From assembly GCA_905201895.1 (NCBI GenBank), contig CAJKPX010000004.1:13628-77627 (forward strand): 64,000 nucleotides of DNA. Reading direction: 5' to 3'. Position 1 is the stretch's first letter. Each line of letters opens with the position of its first letter. The notes beneath the pieces are model-generated. The model saw only the letters and a list, made by a program, of their open reading frames with translations. It searched no databases and was not told the DNA's origin. Below are positions 37,509-46,559 of this stretch, in pieces. The position numbers and the translations under genes are program-made. This DNA is from an uncultured Eubacteriales bacterium. Its GTDB lineage: Bacteria > Bacillota > Clostridia > Oscillospirales > CAG-272.

Positions 37509-37594
37509 TATCATTTCGTCGAAAAAACGTAATTATCATAATATTTTATATTATAACTAAAGACCTTGGAGTTGCTGCAATCGTTCAATCAACG

Positions 37595-37637
37595 AAAAAA
37601 TCCCTGCCCTGCACAAGCGGGACAGAGATTTTTTGGG
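37595..37637. terminator. Probable intrinsic terminator after the rpsP-KH genes
   Basis: CCCTGCCC...GGGACAG hairpin (one bulge) flanked by A6 and T6 runs. Confidence 0.4.
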
Positions 37638-37666
37638 GGATTCCGATTGAAAAACTGCCGTTTGTT

Positions 37667-37912
37667 TCAGCGGACATCCACGATATCAACGGTCACCTTT
37701 TTTCCACTATTGGCGGCTGCTGCCTTGATCACGGTGCGGATCGCCTTTGCGATCTTGCCGTGACGGCCGATCACCATACCCATATCGTCGGGGGCGACCG
37801 TAAGTGTCAGGGTGATGCTGCGCTCATCCTGTGTTTCGGTAACCTTTACTTCCTCGGGTGAATCGACGATTGCCTTGGCAATGTCCAACAAAGTTTCCTG
37901 CAAGTTAATCAT
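37667..37912 (-). CDS. KH domain RNA-binding protein (YlqC/UPF0109)
   Basis: 81 aa, MGMVIGRHGKIAKAIRTV GxxG KH motif, immediately downstream of rpsP. Confidence 0.85.
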   Translation of the reverse strand: MINLQETLLDIAKAIVDSPEEVKVTETQDERSITLTLTVAPDDMGMVIGRHGKIAKAIRTVIKAAAANSGKKVTVDIVDVR

Positions 37913-37944
37913 GATGTGTCTCCTTATGGCACATTACGCGCAGA

Positions 37945-38190
37945 TCAGTCTACGATGCCGCTCTTCTTCAGCAGAGACTTTACGGTCTCGGTGGGCTGTG
38001 CACCGTTGCCGAGCCACTTTTTAGCCTTCTCAGCGTCGATCTTGATTTCTGCGGGGGTGGTGAGGGGGTTGTAGTAACCGATCTCCTCGATGAAACGGCC
38101 ATCTCTGGGCGAGCGGCTGTCTGCCACGATCACACGATAAAAGGGAGCCTTCTTTGCGCCCATTCTTCTGAGTCTCATTTTTACTGCCAT
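37945..38190 (-). CDS. rpsP: 30S ribosomal protein S16
   Basis: Start [35 protein letters not shown]. The track ORF start was trimmed. Confidence 0.93.
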   Translation of the reverse strand: MAVKMRLRRMGAKKAPFYRVIVADSRSPRDGRFIEEIGYYNPLTTPAEIKIDAEKAKKWLGNGAQPTETVKSLLKKSGIVD

Positions 38191-38250
38191 GATTTGTTTT
38201 CCTCCAAAAAATAAAATTAAAATTGTTTTTTCTATCAATGAACGGTGAAT

Positions 38251-39594
38251 TCAGAACGGCAACTTCATTCTTCCGAGCATTTTCTGTCCTTTTTTGGTCT
38301 TTCCCATGTCGCTAAACTGCTTCATCATCTTGAGCATCTGCTCGAATTGGCGAAGCACCTTATTGACCTCCTCGACCGACGTTCCCGAGCCTGCCGCGAT
38401 ACGCTTTTTGCGCGAGGCGTTGATAATCTCGGGCTTCGTTCTTTCTCTCGGCGTCATCGCGTGGATGATCGCCTCGGTGTGTGCCAAAACCTTTTCGTCG
38501 ATCTTGGCATCCTTCATCGCGCCCGGCTTCATGCCCGGCATCATGGACATGATCTGCTCGAGATTGCCCATGTTCTTCAGCTGTGCAAGCTGTGCCAGAT
38601 AATCGTCAAGCGTAAAGGTTTGCTGACGCATCTTCTGCTCAAGCTCTGCCGCCTGCTTCTCATCGTAAGCCGCCTGCGCCTTGTCGATCAGGGTGAGCAC
38701 GTCACCCATGCCGAGAATTCTCGACGCCATGCGGTCGGGGTGGAAGGGCTCGATCGTGTCGAGCTTCTCGCCCGTTCCGACAAACTTGATCGGCTTGCCC
38801 GTGACGAAGCGGATCGAAAGAGCCGCACCGCCGCGCGTATCACCGTCGAGCTTGGTCAGGATCACGCCCGTGATATCGAGCAGATCGTTGAAGGTTTGCG
38901 CCACGTTGACCGATTCCTGACCGATCATGGCGTCAACCGTGAGCAGGATTTCGGCAGGGTTGACCTCTGCCTTGATGTTTTTGAGCTCATCCATGAGCAC
39001 CTCGTCGATCTGCAGTCGACCTGCAGTGTCGATGAATACCATGTCATAGCCCTTTTGCTTTGCATGCTGCAGGCTCTCCTTTGCGATCTGCACGGGAGAG
39101 ACCTTATCTCCCAACGTAAAGACCGGAATGTCGAGCTTTTCGCCCACAACCTGCAGCTGCTTGATTGCCGCGGGACGGTAAACGTCGCAGGCAACGAGCA
39201 GCGGGCGCTTGCCCTGCTTTTTATAGAGACCCGCAAGCTTTGCGGCGTGCGTGGTCTTACCGGCACCCTGCAGACCGACCATCATAATAACGGTTGGCGG
39301 CTGCGAGGCGATGGTGAGCTTGGATTGCGAGCCACCCATGAGTCGGGTGAGCTCCTCGTTGACGATCTTGACGATCTGCTGCGCGGGAAGCAGAGATTCG
39401 AGCACCTCAACGCCTACCGCACGATCGGACACGATCTTGATGAATTCGCGCACGACCTTGAAGTTGACGTCTGCCTCAAGCAATGCGAGCTTGATCTCGC
39501 GCATGCCCGCCTTGACGTCTGCCTCGGTCAGTTTTCCTTTATTGCGGAATTTTTTGAATGCATTATTCAGTTTTTCTCCAAGACTTTCAAACAT
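38251..39594 (-). CDS. ffh: Signal recognition particle protein Ffh
   Basis: MFESLGEKL..., GLQGAGKTT, DTAGR, Met-rich M domain. ATG at 39594 with GGGAGGA RBS (the GTG at 39600 is less likely). Confidence 0.94.
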   Translation of the reverse strand: MFESLGEKLNNAFKKFRNKGKLTEADVKAGMREIKLALLEADVNFKVVREFIKIVSDRAVGVEVLESLLPAQQIVKIVNEELTRLMGGSQSKLTIASQPPTVIMMVGLQGAGKTTHAAKLAGLYKKQGKRPLLVACDVYRPAAIKQLQVVGEKLDIPVFTLGDKVSPVQIAKESLQHAKQKGYDMVFIDTAGRLQIDEVLMDELKNIKAEVNPAEILLTVDAMIGQESVNVAQTFNDLLDITGVILTKLDGDTRGGAALSIRFVTGKPIKFVGTGEKLDTIEPFHPDRMASRILGMGDVLTLIDKAQAAYDEKQAAELEQKMRQQTFTLDDYLAQLAQLKNMGNLEQIMSMMPGMKPGAMKDAKIDEKVLAHTEAIIHAMTPRERTKPEIINASRKKRIAAGSGTSVEEVNKVLRQFEQMLKMMKQFSDMGKTKKGQKMLGRMKLPF

Positions 39595-39630
39595 AGGCAC
39601 GTCCTCCCTTCGTCTCGGTTTGCGGCAGGA

Positions 39631-39966
39631 TCAGGAATTGACCGCCTGTGCCAGCTCCTCAACCGCATTTTGAATGGTTTGGTCTACCCCTGCGTCACGA
39701 AGAAGCACCTGCAGGCGGTCGGCATGCTCTCTCACGCGCCGAAAGCGTGTTGCAAGCCCAAGCTTCTCCTCATAAAAGCGCAATTCCTCCTCGGCTTTTT
39801 TGATCAGCTCCCGAACACCTTGACGCGAGATGCCGATCTCCTGCGCGATCTCGGCAAGCGAGAGGTCGTCATTATAATAGAAATCCAGAACGGTGCGCTT
39901 TCGCTCCGAAAGGATCTCACCGTAGAAATCCAATAAAAAGCCGATTTTCAGATCTTTTTCAAACAT
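39631..39966 (-). CDS. ylxM: YlxM (UPF0122) putative DNA-binding protein
   Basis: 111 aa, sigma-70 region-4-like HTH LSLAEIAQEIGISRQGVRELIKK, upstream of ffh. Confidence 0.85.
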   Translation of the reverse strand: MFEKDLKIGFLLDFYGEILSERKRTVLDFYYNDDLSLAEIAQEIGISRQGVRELIKKAEEELRFYEEKLGLATRFRRVREHADRLQVLLRDAGVDQTIQNAVEELAQAVNS

Positions 39967-40008
39967 GTTTCTTCATCCTGTATCAGGTGTAAAGCAAAAT
40001 ACTTTACA

Positions 40009-40037
40009 AGTATAGCACAGACTTTTGATTTTGTCAA
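40009..40037 (-). promoter_or_regulatory. Sigma-A-type promoter for ylxM-ffh-rpsP
   Basis: Minus strand TTGACA, 17 nt, TATACT. Confidence 0.5.
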
Positions 40038-40100
40038 GTGTTTTTTGCGATTTTTTTATATTTATTTCTTTTTCCGAGCGCGGACGGCAGGTAGCCGAGC

Positions 40101-40916
40101 TCAACCCACGATCAGCTCTGCGAGCGGAATGATTGCGGCGGGCAGAAGGATGGCGGGCATATAGTTCATGATCTTGAGCTTGGTGACGCCAAGCATATTG
40201 AGGGCAAGTCCCATAATCAGGATCGAACCAACACCCGACATGCAGGCGATCACCTCGGTGGAAAGAATGGGGGCTGCCCAATTGGCAAGCAGGGTGATGC
40301 TCCCCTGGAAAACCAGCACGAATGCCGCCGAGAACGCCACGCCGACACCGAGCGAGAGCGAGAAGATAATCGAGGAAACGAAGTCGAGGATCGACTTCGT
40401 GTAGAGCATGCTGTGGTCACCTGTGAGACCGCTGTTAAGCGAGCCGACGATGGTCATGGACCCAACGCAGAACAGAAGCGAGGCACTCACAAAGCCCTGC
40501 GCCACGTTTCCGAAGCGTGCGCGCGCCAGATGCTCCACGCGTTCACCGAGATAACTGATGCCTCGGTCAAGGTCAAGCAGCTGACCGATCAGTGCGCCGA
40601 TCGCCATTGAAACGATAATCACAAGCGTGTTCTCTCCCACAAGCTCGCTCATCAGCTGCAAAGGTCTCGAGGGGTCGCCGACAAAGCTGCCAGAGAGAGC
40701 CGCAAGAATCTGACCGTTCACAGCCGCTTTAACCGTTCCCGTGATGCCAATGGCAAGCACGCAGAGTCCCACGCCCTTGAAAATGCAATCCGAGAGTGCG
40801 GAGGAGCGCTCGCTCTTCCCTGCACCGATGAAGCGCTTTATCAAAAGACCGATCGCAGAGCCGCCGATCACGGCAAGTGCATTGACGATCGAACCCCAAA
40901 GCTTGATCTGTTCCAT
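40101..40916 (-). CDS. DUF554-family membrane protein
   Basis: 271-aa polytopic protein. N-terminus WGSIVNALAVIGGSAIGLL resembles YdfK/YqgA-type DUF554 proteins. Confidence 0.65.
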   Translation of the reverse strand: MEQIKLWGSIVNALAVIGGSAIGLLIKRFIGAGKSERSSALSDCIFKGVGLCVLAIGITGTVKAAVNGQILAALSGSFVGDPSRPLQLMSELVGENTLVIIVSMAIGALIGQLLDLDRGISYLGERVEHLARARFGNVAQGFVSASLLFCVGSMTIVGSLNSGLTGDHSMLYTKSILDFVSSIIFSLSLGVGVAFSAAFVLVFQGSITLLANWAAPILSTEVIACMSGVGSILIMGLALNMLGVTKLKIMNYMPAILLPAAIIPLAELIVG

Positions 40917-40966
40917 AGTAGTTTGTTCCGTTTCCTTTATTTACTTGCACTGAATATTATCGGGGA

Positions 40967-41974
40967 TCAGTTTGGAGTAAAAGCCGTCCCCAGCCCTGCT
41001 GTGGTGGTCAGGCTGCCGTCCGATCCGATCAGGATCGCCTCAAAGGAATAAGCCCCCGATCTGTAAAATTCAAGTGCACGGTCCTTCCCCATTACAAGCA
41101 GAGCAGTAGAAAGTGCATCGGCGAGTGCGCCGTCGAAGGTGATGACCGCAACGCTCGAGAGCCCCGACTCGGCGGGATATCCGCTCGCAGGATCGAGAAT
41201 GTGATGGTAGCGCTTGCCGTTGACCGTGACGTAACGCTCGTAGTCCCCCGAGACCGAAAGGACCTCCCCTGCCTCGAGCTGCAGCACGCCAACCGTTGCG
41301 CCCGTTGCCTTGGGGTCACGCAGAGCAATGCGAAAGGGCTCGCCGTCGGGCTTTTTACCAAAGGTGGCAACATTGCTCCCAAAGGTGATCAGTCCGCCCT
41401 CGACATTGCTCGACTCCAACAGCTCCAAGAGCGCCTGGATCGCCGCCCCCTTGCCAATGCCGCCGAGATCAAGCGTCACGGTGGGATCGGTCTTTTCGAT
41501 GCGTCCCTCGGTGATCTGCACGCGCTCAAAGCCAACGAGTGCAAGTGCCCTGTTGAGCGCCGCATCGGTGGGTAGCACGCCGCTCTCGCCCGCCGCCTCC
41601 CAAAGGTCGATCAAAGGCGTGACGGTGGGATCAAACGCACCGTTCGTTTTTTTTGCAACGTCGAGTGCCGAAGAGATCAAAGCCAGCGTGCGCGCATCGG
41701 GCGTGTTGAGTCCTTCTGCAGAGGCATTGAATGCCGCGATCTCGCTCGTGCTCTCCCGACGCGACCAAAGGCGGTCGAGCTCACCGAGCAACGCGCGGCA
41801 ACCGTCAAAGAGCGCGTTTGCCTTTGCGGTATCCTCCGTGTAGAGCGTAACACCGATCACGGTGTCCATAAAGAAAAACGCCTCGGTGTGCACGGTGGGG
41901 GCTCTGCAGCCCGAAAAGGTCGAAAAAATCAGCAAAATAGCAAGAAAAAGTGAAATGATTGATATTTTTTTCAT
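40967..41974 (-). CDS. apbE: FAD:protein FMN transferase (ApbE family) lipoprotein
   Basis: Lipobox FSGCRA, FFFMDTVIGVTLY, GGIGKGAA, ...HHILDP... motifs. Confidence 0.85.
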   Translation of the reverse strand: MKKISIISLFLAILLIFSTFSGCRAPTVHTEAFFFMDTVIGVTLYTEDTAKANALFDGCRALLGELDRLWSRRESTSEIAAFNASAEGLNTPDARTLALISSALDVAKKTNGAFDPTVTPLIDLWEAAGESGVLPTDAALNRALALVGFERVQITEGRIEKTDPTVTLDLGGIGKGAAIQALLELLESSNVEGGLITFGSNVATFGKKPDGEPFRIALRDPKATGATVGVLQLEAGEVLSVSGDYERYVTVNGKRYHHILDPASGYPAESGLSSVAVITFDGALADALSTALLVMGKDRALEFYRSGAYSFEAILIGSDGSLTTTAGLGTAFTPN

Positions 41975-42510
41975 ACGGAGCCTCCCTTTTTCAGAATCGG
42001 AGTCAGGCGCGGCACGAGCAGATTGAGCAAAAGTCCCACCGCGCTGCCAAAGATCACCGAGGCGATCAGAAGCACGGGCAGATAGGACAGGATCACAGAT
42101 GTGCCGAACAAAAGGGACGCCGCTATAATCTGTCCGCAGTTATGCGCCGCGGCGGAGAGGATCGAGGTGCCGAGAAAGCTGAGTCGCCTGCCAATCCGAG
42201 AGAGCAACAGGAGCATCAGATAGGAGAGCAGCCCTCCCATTGCCGAAAAAAAGAGCGAGGTGACCGTTCCGAACAGCAGCCCCATCAAAAGGATGCGCGT
42301 GGCAGAGATCACGGCGGCGTCGAGCTTGGAAAGCCCGAAAAAGGCAACCAGGACCACGAGATTTGCAAGCCCCAGGCGGAAGCCCGGGAGCGGAATGATC
42401 AAGCCGATCGGCAAAAGCACCTCAAGATAGGAAAGAATCATGGCAAGCGCAGTCAGAATCGCATTGAGTGCCACGCGTCTCGCACGCTTATCCTGCGACG
42501 AAATCGACAT
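41971..42510 (-). CDS. Gx transporter family membrane protein (heptaprenyl diphosphate synthase component I-like)
   Basis: 179 aa with 5 TM. ...PLPGFRLGLANLVVL... motif. 4-nt overlap with apbE. Confidence 0.65.
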   Translation of the reverse strand: MSISSQDKRARRVALNAILTALAMILSYLEVLLPIGLIIPLPGFRLGLANLVVLVAFFGLSKLDAAVISATRILLMGLLFGTVTSLFFSAMGGLLSYLMLLLLSRIGRRLSFLGTSILSAAAHNCGQIIAASLLFGTSVILSYLPVLLIASVIFGSAVGLLLNLLVPRLTPILKKGGSV

Positions 42511-42859
42511 TTCTGTCCCCTCCCTTCACGGTCAGCGTCACGCCTGCAGGAGCGCAGAGGATCGTTTCGCCGCTCCTTGAAATCGAGCCGCTTCGGTAAC
42601 ATACGCCGTCGCGGCAATTGCTCTCCAGAACGTATGCCGTACCGTTCTCGATCACAACCGTGAGGGTGACCTCACGCGAGGTGACGGTGAGTGTTTGAGA
42701 TTTGGAGAGCAAATAGGACGTGCTGCCCTCGGGCGTTGTAATCACCAATACGGTAGCGTTGGGGCGGCAAAGGACAGGAATGAGGATCATGGCGAGTGCA
42801 ACGAGCAGAACAAGCAGCAGAACGGCAACGTCCTGCCACGTGATTTTCGTTTGAAGCAT
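42488..42859 (-). CDS. NusG domain II-containing (DUF1312) membrane-anchored protein
   Basis: Start MLQTK after GAGGAGG. N-terminal TM. ...ENGTAYVLESNCRDGVCYRSGSISRSGETILCAPAGV... matches the NusG_II Cys-containing beta-barrel. Confidence 0.65.
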   Translation of the reverse strand: MLQTKITWQDVAVLLLVLLVALAMILIPVLCRPNATVLVITTPEGSTSYLLSKSQTLTVTSREVTLTVVIENGTAYVLESNCRDGVCYRSGSISRSGETILCAPAGVTLTVKGGDRNVDFVAG

Positions 42860-42946
42860 GCAATCCCCTCCTCTCGGCAATTCTATCTATAATATTATAT
42901 CAACTATTGCGCCCGAAAGCAAGAGAAAAATAAAAAATGTTTTGTG

Positions 42947-42975
42947 TTGACATCACGGGCGAATTGTGCTACAAT
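42947..42975 (+). promoter_or_regulatory. Sigma-A-type promoter (extended -10)
   Basis: TTGACA, 17 nt, TACAAT with TGn. Confidence 0.5.
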
Positions 42976-43022
42976 ATTCCTGTTGGAAATATCACGATTA
43001 AACAGACAAAGGAGAACAGATC

Positions 43023-43859
43023 ATGAATCCATATCAGATCGGTCTTGCGGTTTCGCCCTCGTTCGGTTTTTCAACCGAGGATTGCTTTGCACATCTGAAG
43101 CAGCATGGCTTTGAGGCAACCTTCACAGGGTTGGGCACCCCCGAGGAACTCGACGTTTGGGCAGAAAAATGCGCTCAAAACGGTCTTTTTTATAGCTCGA
43201 TCCACGCCCCCTTCAAGCGATCCGCCGCTATGTGGGAGGATACGCTCGACGGTGACGAGGGTGAGCGCGAGCTTTACGCGAGCATTGACGCCTGCGTGCA
43301 GGTCGGTGCGCCGATCGCCGTTGTGCACCCCTTTATCGGATTCGACAAGCATACGCCTACCCCGATGGGTCTGACCCGTATGCGCCGCGTTGCCGAGTAC
43401 GCCGCGAAGAAGAATATCAAGGTGGCAATTGAGAACGTGGAGGGCGAGGAATACCTCGACTACCTCATGGCAGGTCTGCGTGACTACGGTTCGATCGGCT
43501 TTTGCCTTGACACGGGTCACGAAATCTGCTACAACCGCGGACGCGATCTGCTCCGCGACTACGGCGACCGCCTGTGCTATCTGCACATCAACAGCAACGT
43601 TGGCATCACCTCCCCCGAGGGGATCATCACCTACAAGGACGATGCGCATATGCTTCCCTTTGACGGCAAGGCAGACATGGAATTTTTGGTTGAGCGTCTC
43701 AAAAAGCATCAATACAACGGTGTTTTGATGATGGAGCTTTCGCGCAGAAATCACACAGACCGCCACACCAACGATCGCTACATCGCCATGGAGCCCGACG
43801 AATACCTCGCCGCAGCAGCCGCACAGATCAAGCGTTTGCGCGAGATGATGGAGCAATAA
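43023..43859 (+). CDS. Sugar phosphate isomerase/epimerase (xylose isomerase-like TIM barrel)
   Basis: 278 aa. ...IAVVHP..., AIENV, DTGHE, HINSN motifs. AAAGGAGAA RBS. Confidence 0.75.
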   Translation: MNPYQIGLAVSPSFGFSTEDCFAHLKQHGFEATFTGLGTPEELDVWAEKCAQNGLFYSSIHAPFKRSAAMWEDTLDGDEGERELYASIDACVQVGAPIAVVHPFIGFDKHTPTPMGLTRMRRVAEYAAKKNIKVAIENVEGEEYLDYLMAGLRDYGSIGFCLDTGHEICYNRGRDLLRDYGDRLCYLHINSNVGITSPEGIITYKDDAHMLPFDGKADMEFLVERLKKHQYNGVLMMELSRRNHTDRHTNDRYIAMEPDEYLAAAAAQIKRLREMMEQ

Positions 43860-43874
43860 TTTTACTTTTTTGAT

Positions 43875-43925
43875 AAAGAACGGTGCCTTATGCAGCTTGC
43901 ATCCGAGGCACCGTTCTTTTTTTCA
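43875..43925 (+). terminator. Intrinsic terminator
   Basis: AAAGAACGGTGCCT...AGGCACCGTTCTTT followed by TTTTT. Confidence 0.75.
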
Positions 43926-44006
43926 TAAGAACAACGAACATAAAAACGAACGCTTTTGCTCCTTCGGCATAAAATGGTATCAAGACAAACCGAAGGAGGG
44001 CTAAAA

Positions 44007-44456
44007 ATGAACGTAGAGCAGCAATCCGATTATACTCCGAGCGTGGGCGAGGGTGCCTTGATTGTCCACGTGACCACCGCACGCGGCTCCATTCCGCTCG
44101 AGGGTGCGCAGGTGCTGGTGCGTGCATACGGAGACGACGGCGCGGAGGGGCGCGGTGACGTGATCACGTCAGTCATTACGGGACGCGACGGAAACACATC
44201 TCGCATTTCTCTGCCCGCCCCTGCCCGTGCCGATTCGCTCAAGCCAAGCGCAAACGGCGTTGCGCCCTTTGCATCCTATATTGTGGAGGTCTTTCTGGAA
44301 GGCTATTTTGCGCAGAATTATATTAACGTGCCGATCTTTGACGGGATCACCGCCATCCAACCCGCCGATATGATTCCGCTCTCCGAGAATGACAAAACCG
44401 ACTCGCGCACACCCGACGGAGAACGATTTTTTGAGTCCTCCGCCCCCGATCTTTGA
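44007..44456 (+). CDS. Carboxypeptidase-regulatory-like (CarboxypepD_reg) domain protein
   Basis: ATG at 44007 after GAAGGAGGG. ...GALIVHVTTARGSIPLEGAQVLV...GRDGNTSRISLPAP... fits the beta-sandwich pattern. 149 aa. Assignment is tentative. Confidence 0.5.
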   Translation: MNVEQQSDYTPSVGEGALIVHVTTARGSIPLEGAQVLVRAYGDDGAEGRGDVITSVITGRDGNTSRISLPAPARADSLKPSANGVAPFASYIVEVFLEGYFAQNYINVPIFDGITAIQPADMIPLSENDKTDSRTPDGERFFESSAPDL

Positions 44457-44504
44457 TCTCTTATCGAGCATCCTCACAAAATTTCAAGGGAAGGAAAATT
44501 TACC

Positions 44505-45902
44505 ATGCCGCAATTACCGATCATTCCCGAAACCATCACGGTGCATCTCGGTCCACCCGACAGCGAGGCGGAAAACGTGACGCTCCCCTTTCTCGACTAC
44601 GTTGCAAACGTGGCGTCGAGTGAAATCTATCCCACCTGGCCCGAGAGCGCCATCCGCGCCAATATGTACGCGCAGATTTCCTTTGCGCTAAACCGCGTCT
44701 ACACCGAATATTACCGCACGCGCGGCTATGATTTTGATATTACCAATTCGACAGCCTTTGACCAGTATTTTGTAAAGGGACGCGATATTTTCGGCAATAT
44801 CCGCGAAATCGCGGGCGATCTGTTCAATAACTACATCCGCCGCGTTGGCAACGTGGAGCCGCTCTTTGCGCAATACTGCAACGGCACTACGGTGACCTGC
44901 AACGGACTTTCGCAATGGGGCTCGGTGGAGCTTGCAAATCAGGGGCTCACGCCTTACGAAATTCTGACCTACTACTACGGCAACGACATTGAGCTGATCC
45001 GCGACGCACCGATCCAAAACGCCACCGAGAGCGCGCCCGACGTGCCTCTGCGCCTCGGACTTGCAAACGATGCGGTGCGCACGCTCCAGATTCGGCTCAA
45101 TCGTATCTCCTCAAACTTCCCCTCCATCCCAAAAATTGCCGCCACCGACGGTATTTTCGGCACCGACACCGAGGAAGCAGTGCGCCGCTTTCAGGAAATT
45201 TTCAACCTCACGCCCGACGGCGTGGTGGGAAAATCAACCTGGTATCGCATCCAGAACGTCTATATCGGAGTTAAGCGCCTCACCGACCTCAATTCCGAGG
45301 GCATCACGCTCGACGAGGTGACCGATCAATATCCGGGAGTGTTGCAGCTCGGGGACACGGGCAACGCCATACTCAATCTGCAATTTTTTATCGCCTATCT
45401 CTCGCAATTTTACGAAACGATCCCGCCCGTTGCCATCGACGGCGTGTTCGGGGAGTCGACCCGCGCGGCCGTGGAGGCGGTGCAGCGTACCTTCGGGCTT
45501 CCCGTTGACGGCATCGTGGGTGAGCGGACGTGGCATGAGCTCTATCGCGCCTACGTTGGGATCGTCAACACGATTCCGCTCGAATACGTGGAAGGCTACA
45601 CGGTGCCCTACGGCGGAGTTCCGCTTCGTATCGGTGCCGATTCGGAGTCGGTGCGCCTGCTTCAGGAATATCTCAACTATATCGCACGCACCTACACCGA
45701 AATTCCCGTGACCAATCCCACCGGATATTTCGGTCCGCGTACGCAGGAGGCTGTGCTCGCGTTTCAGAGCCGCTTCGGGATCACGCCGACAGGGGTGGTC
45801 TCCGCCACCACGTGGACCGCGATCACCGAGCTCTATAACGCCCTCTACAAGGGAATGGAGCTGCAGGACGGTCAGTTTCCCGGCTTTGCTGTTGGCAGCT
45901 GA
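44505..45902 (+). CDS. Peptidoglycan-binding protein: SpoIID/LytB-like N-terminal domain plus three PG_binding_1 repeats
   Basis: The N-terminal ~170 aa resemble the SpoIID amidase-enhancer fold (LPFLDYVANVASSEIYPTWPESAIRANMYAQISFAL...). Three repeats of the type ...VRxLQxxLN...DGxFGxxTxxAVxxFQ... follow. Confidence 0.65.
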   Translation: MPQLPIIPETITVHLGPPDSEAENVTLPFLDYVANVASSEIYPTWPESAIRANMYAQISFALNRVYTEYYRTRGYDFDITNSTAFDQYFVKGRDIFGNIREIAGDLFNNYIRRVGNVEPLFAQYCNGTTVTCNGLSQWGSVELANQGLTPYEILTYYYGNDIELIRDAPIQNATESAPDVPLRLGLANDAVRTLQIRLNRISSNFPSIPKIAATDGIFGTDTEEAVRRFQEIFNLTPDGVVGKSTWYRIQNVYIGVKRLTDLNSEGITLDEVTDQYPGVLQLGDTGNAILNLQFFIAYLSQFYETIPPVAIDGVFGESTRAAVEAVQRTFGLPVDGIVGERTWHELYRAYVGIVNTIPLEYVEGYTVPYGGVPLRIGADSESVRLLQEYLNYIARTYTEIPVTNPTGYFGPRTQEAVLAFQSRFGITPTGVVSATTWTAITELYNALYKGMELQDGQFPGFAVGS

Positions 45903-45917
45903 CGGAAGGAGGAACCC

Positions 45918-46457
45918 ATGCCCATGCATCAGAACCACGCCGTTGCCGTGGAAAATCTGCAACGCTATCTGCGTCGCCTTTCCTTTGGAGAGCCCACCAT
46001 CCCCGATCCGCCCGTGGATGGGATTTTTGAAGCACGTACCGAGGAGGCGCTGCGCGAGTTTCAGCGCCTGCGCGGTCTTCCGATCACGGGACGCGCCGAC
46101 CGTGACACATGGGAGCGGCTCTATGAGGACTACCGTGCCGCACTTGCCCTCGGCGTTCAGCCGCAGCGGATCGCACTCTTTCCGCTCACACCCGACGGCT
46201 ATCTGCTCACTCCCGGAAGCCGCGGCTTTGCCGTGACCGCTTTGCAATACATGCTTCGCGAGCTTCATCACCATTACAAGGAATTGACCGACCTGCCCCA
46301 AACCGGCGTTTACGATGCCGACACCGATCGCGCCGTTCGCTTATTTCAGCGTCGAAACGGTCTCGTCGAGAACGGAGCGGTGGGACTGCTCACCTGGAAC
46401 GCGCTGACCGACCAATACAATCTCTTCTTTTTCCGCTCCGAGCAGGATATTTTTTAG
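45918..46457 (+). CDS. Peptidoglycan-binding protein (two PG_binding_1 repeats)
   Basis: VENLQRYLRRL...DGIFEARTEEALREFQRLRGLPITG and ALQYMLREL...TGVYDADTDRAVRLFQRRNGL. Confidence 0.7.
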   Translation: MPMHQNHAVAVENLQRYLRRLSFGEPTIPDPPVDGIFEARTEEALREFQRLRGLPITGRADRDTWERLYEDYRAALALGVQPQRIALFPLTPDGYLLTPGSRGFAVTALQYMLRELHHHYKELTDLPQTGVYDADTDRAVRLFQRRNGLVENGAVGLLTWNALTDQYNLFFFRSEQDIF

Positions 46458-46504
46458 GAGTCCTGCAAAGCCTTCAAAAAACGTTGCAGTTCAACGTCAC
46501 ATAA

Positions 46505-46552
46505 GAAAAAACCGCTTCTCCGTCACGTTTTCGTTCGGGGAGCGGTTCCTTC
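46505..46552. terminator. Intrinsic terminator between convergent genes
   Basis: AACCGCTTCTCC...GGGGAGCGGTT hairpin. On the minus strand it is followed by TTTTTTCTT. Confidence 0.55.
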
Positions 46553-46559
46553 GGTTGTA

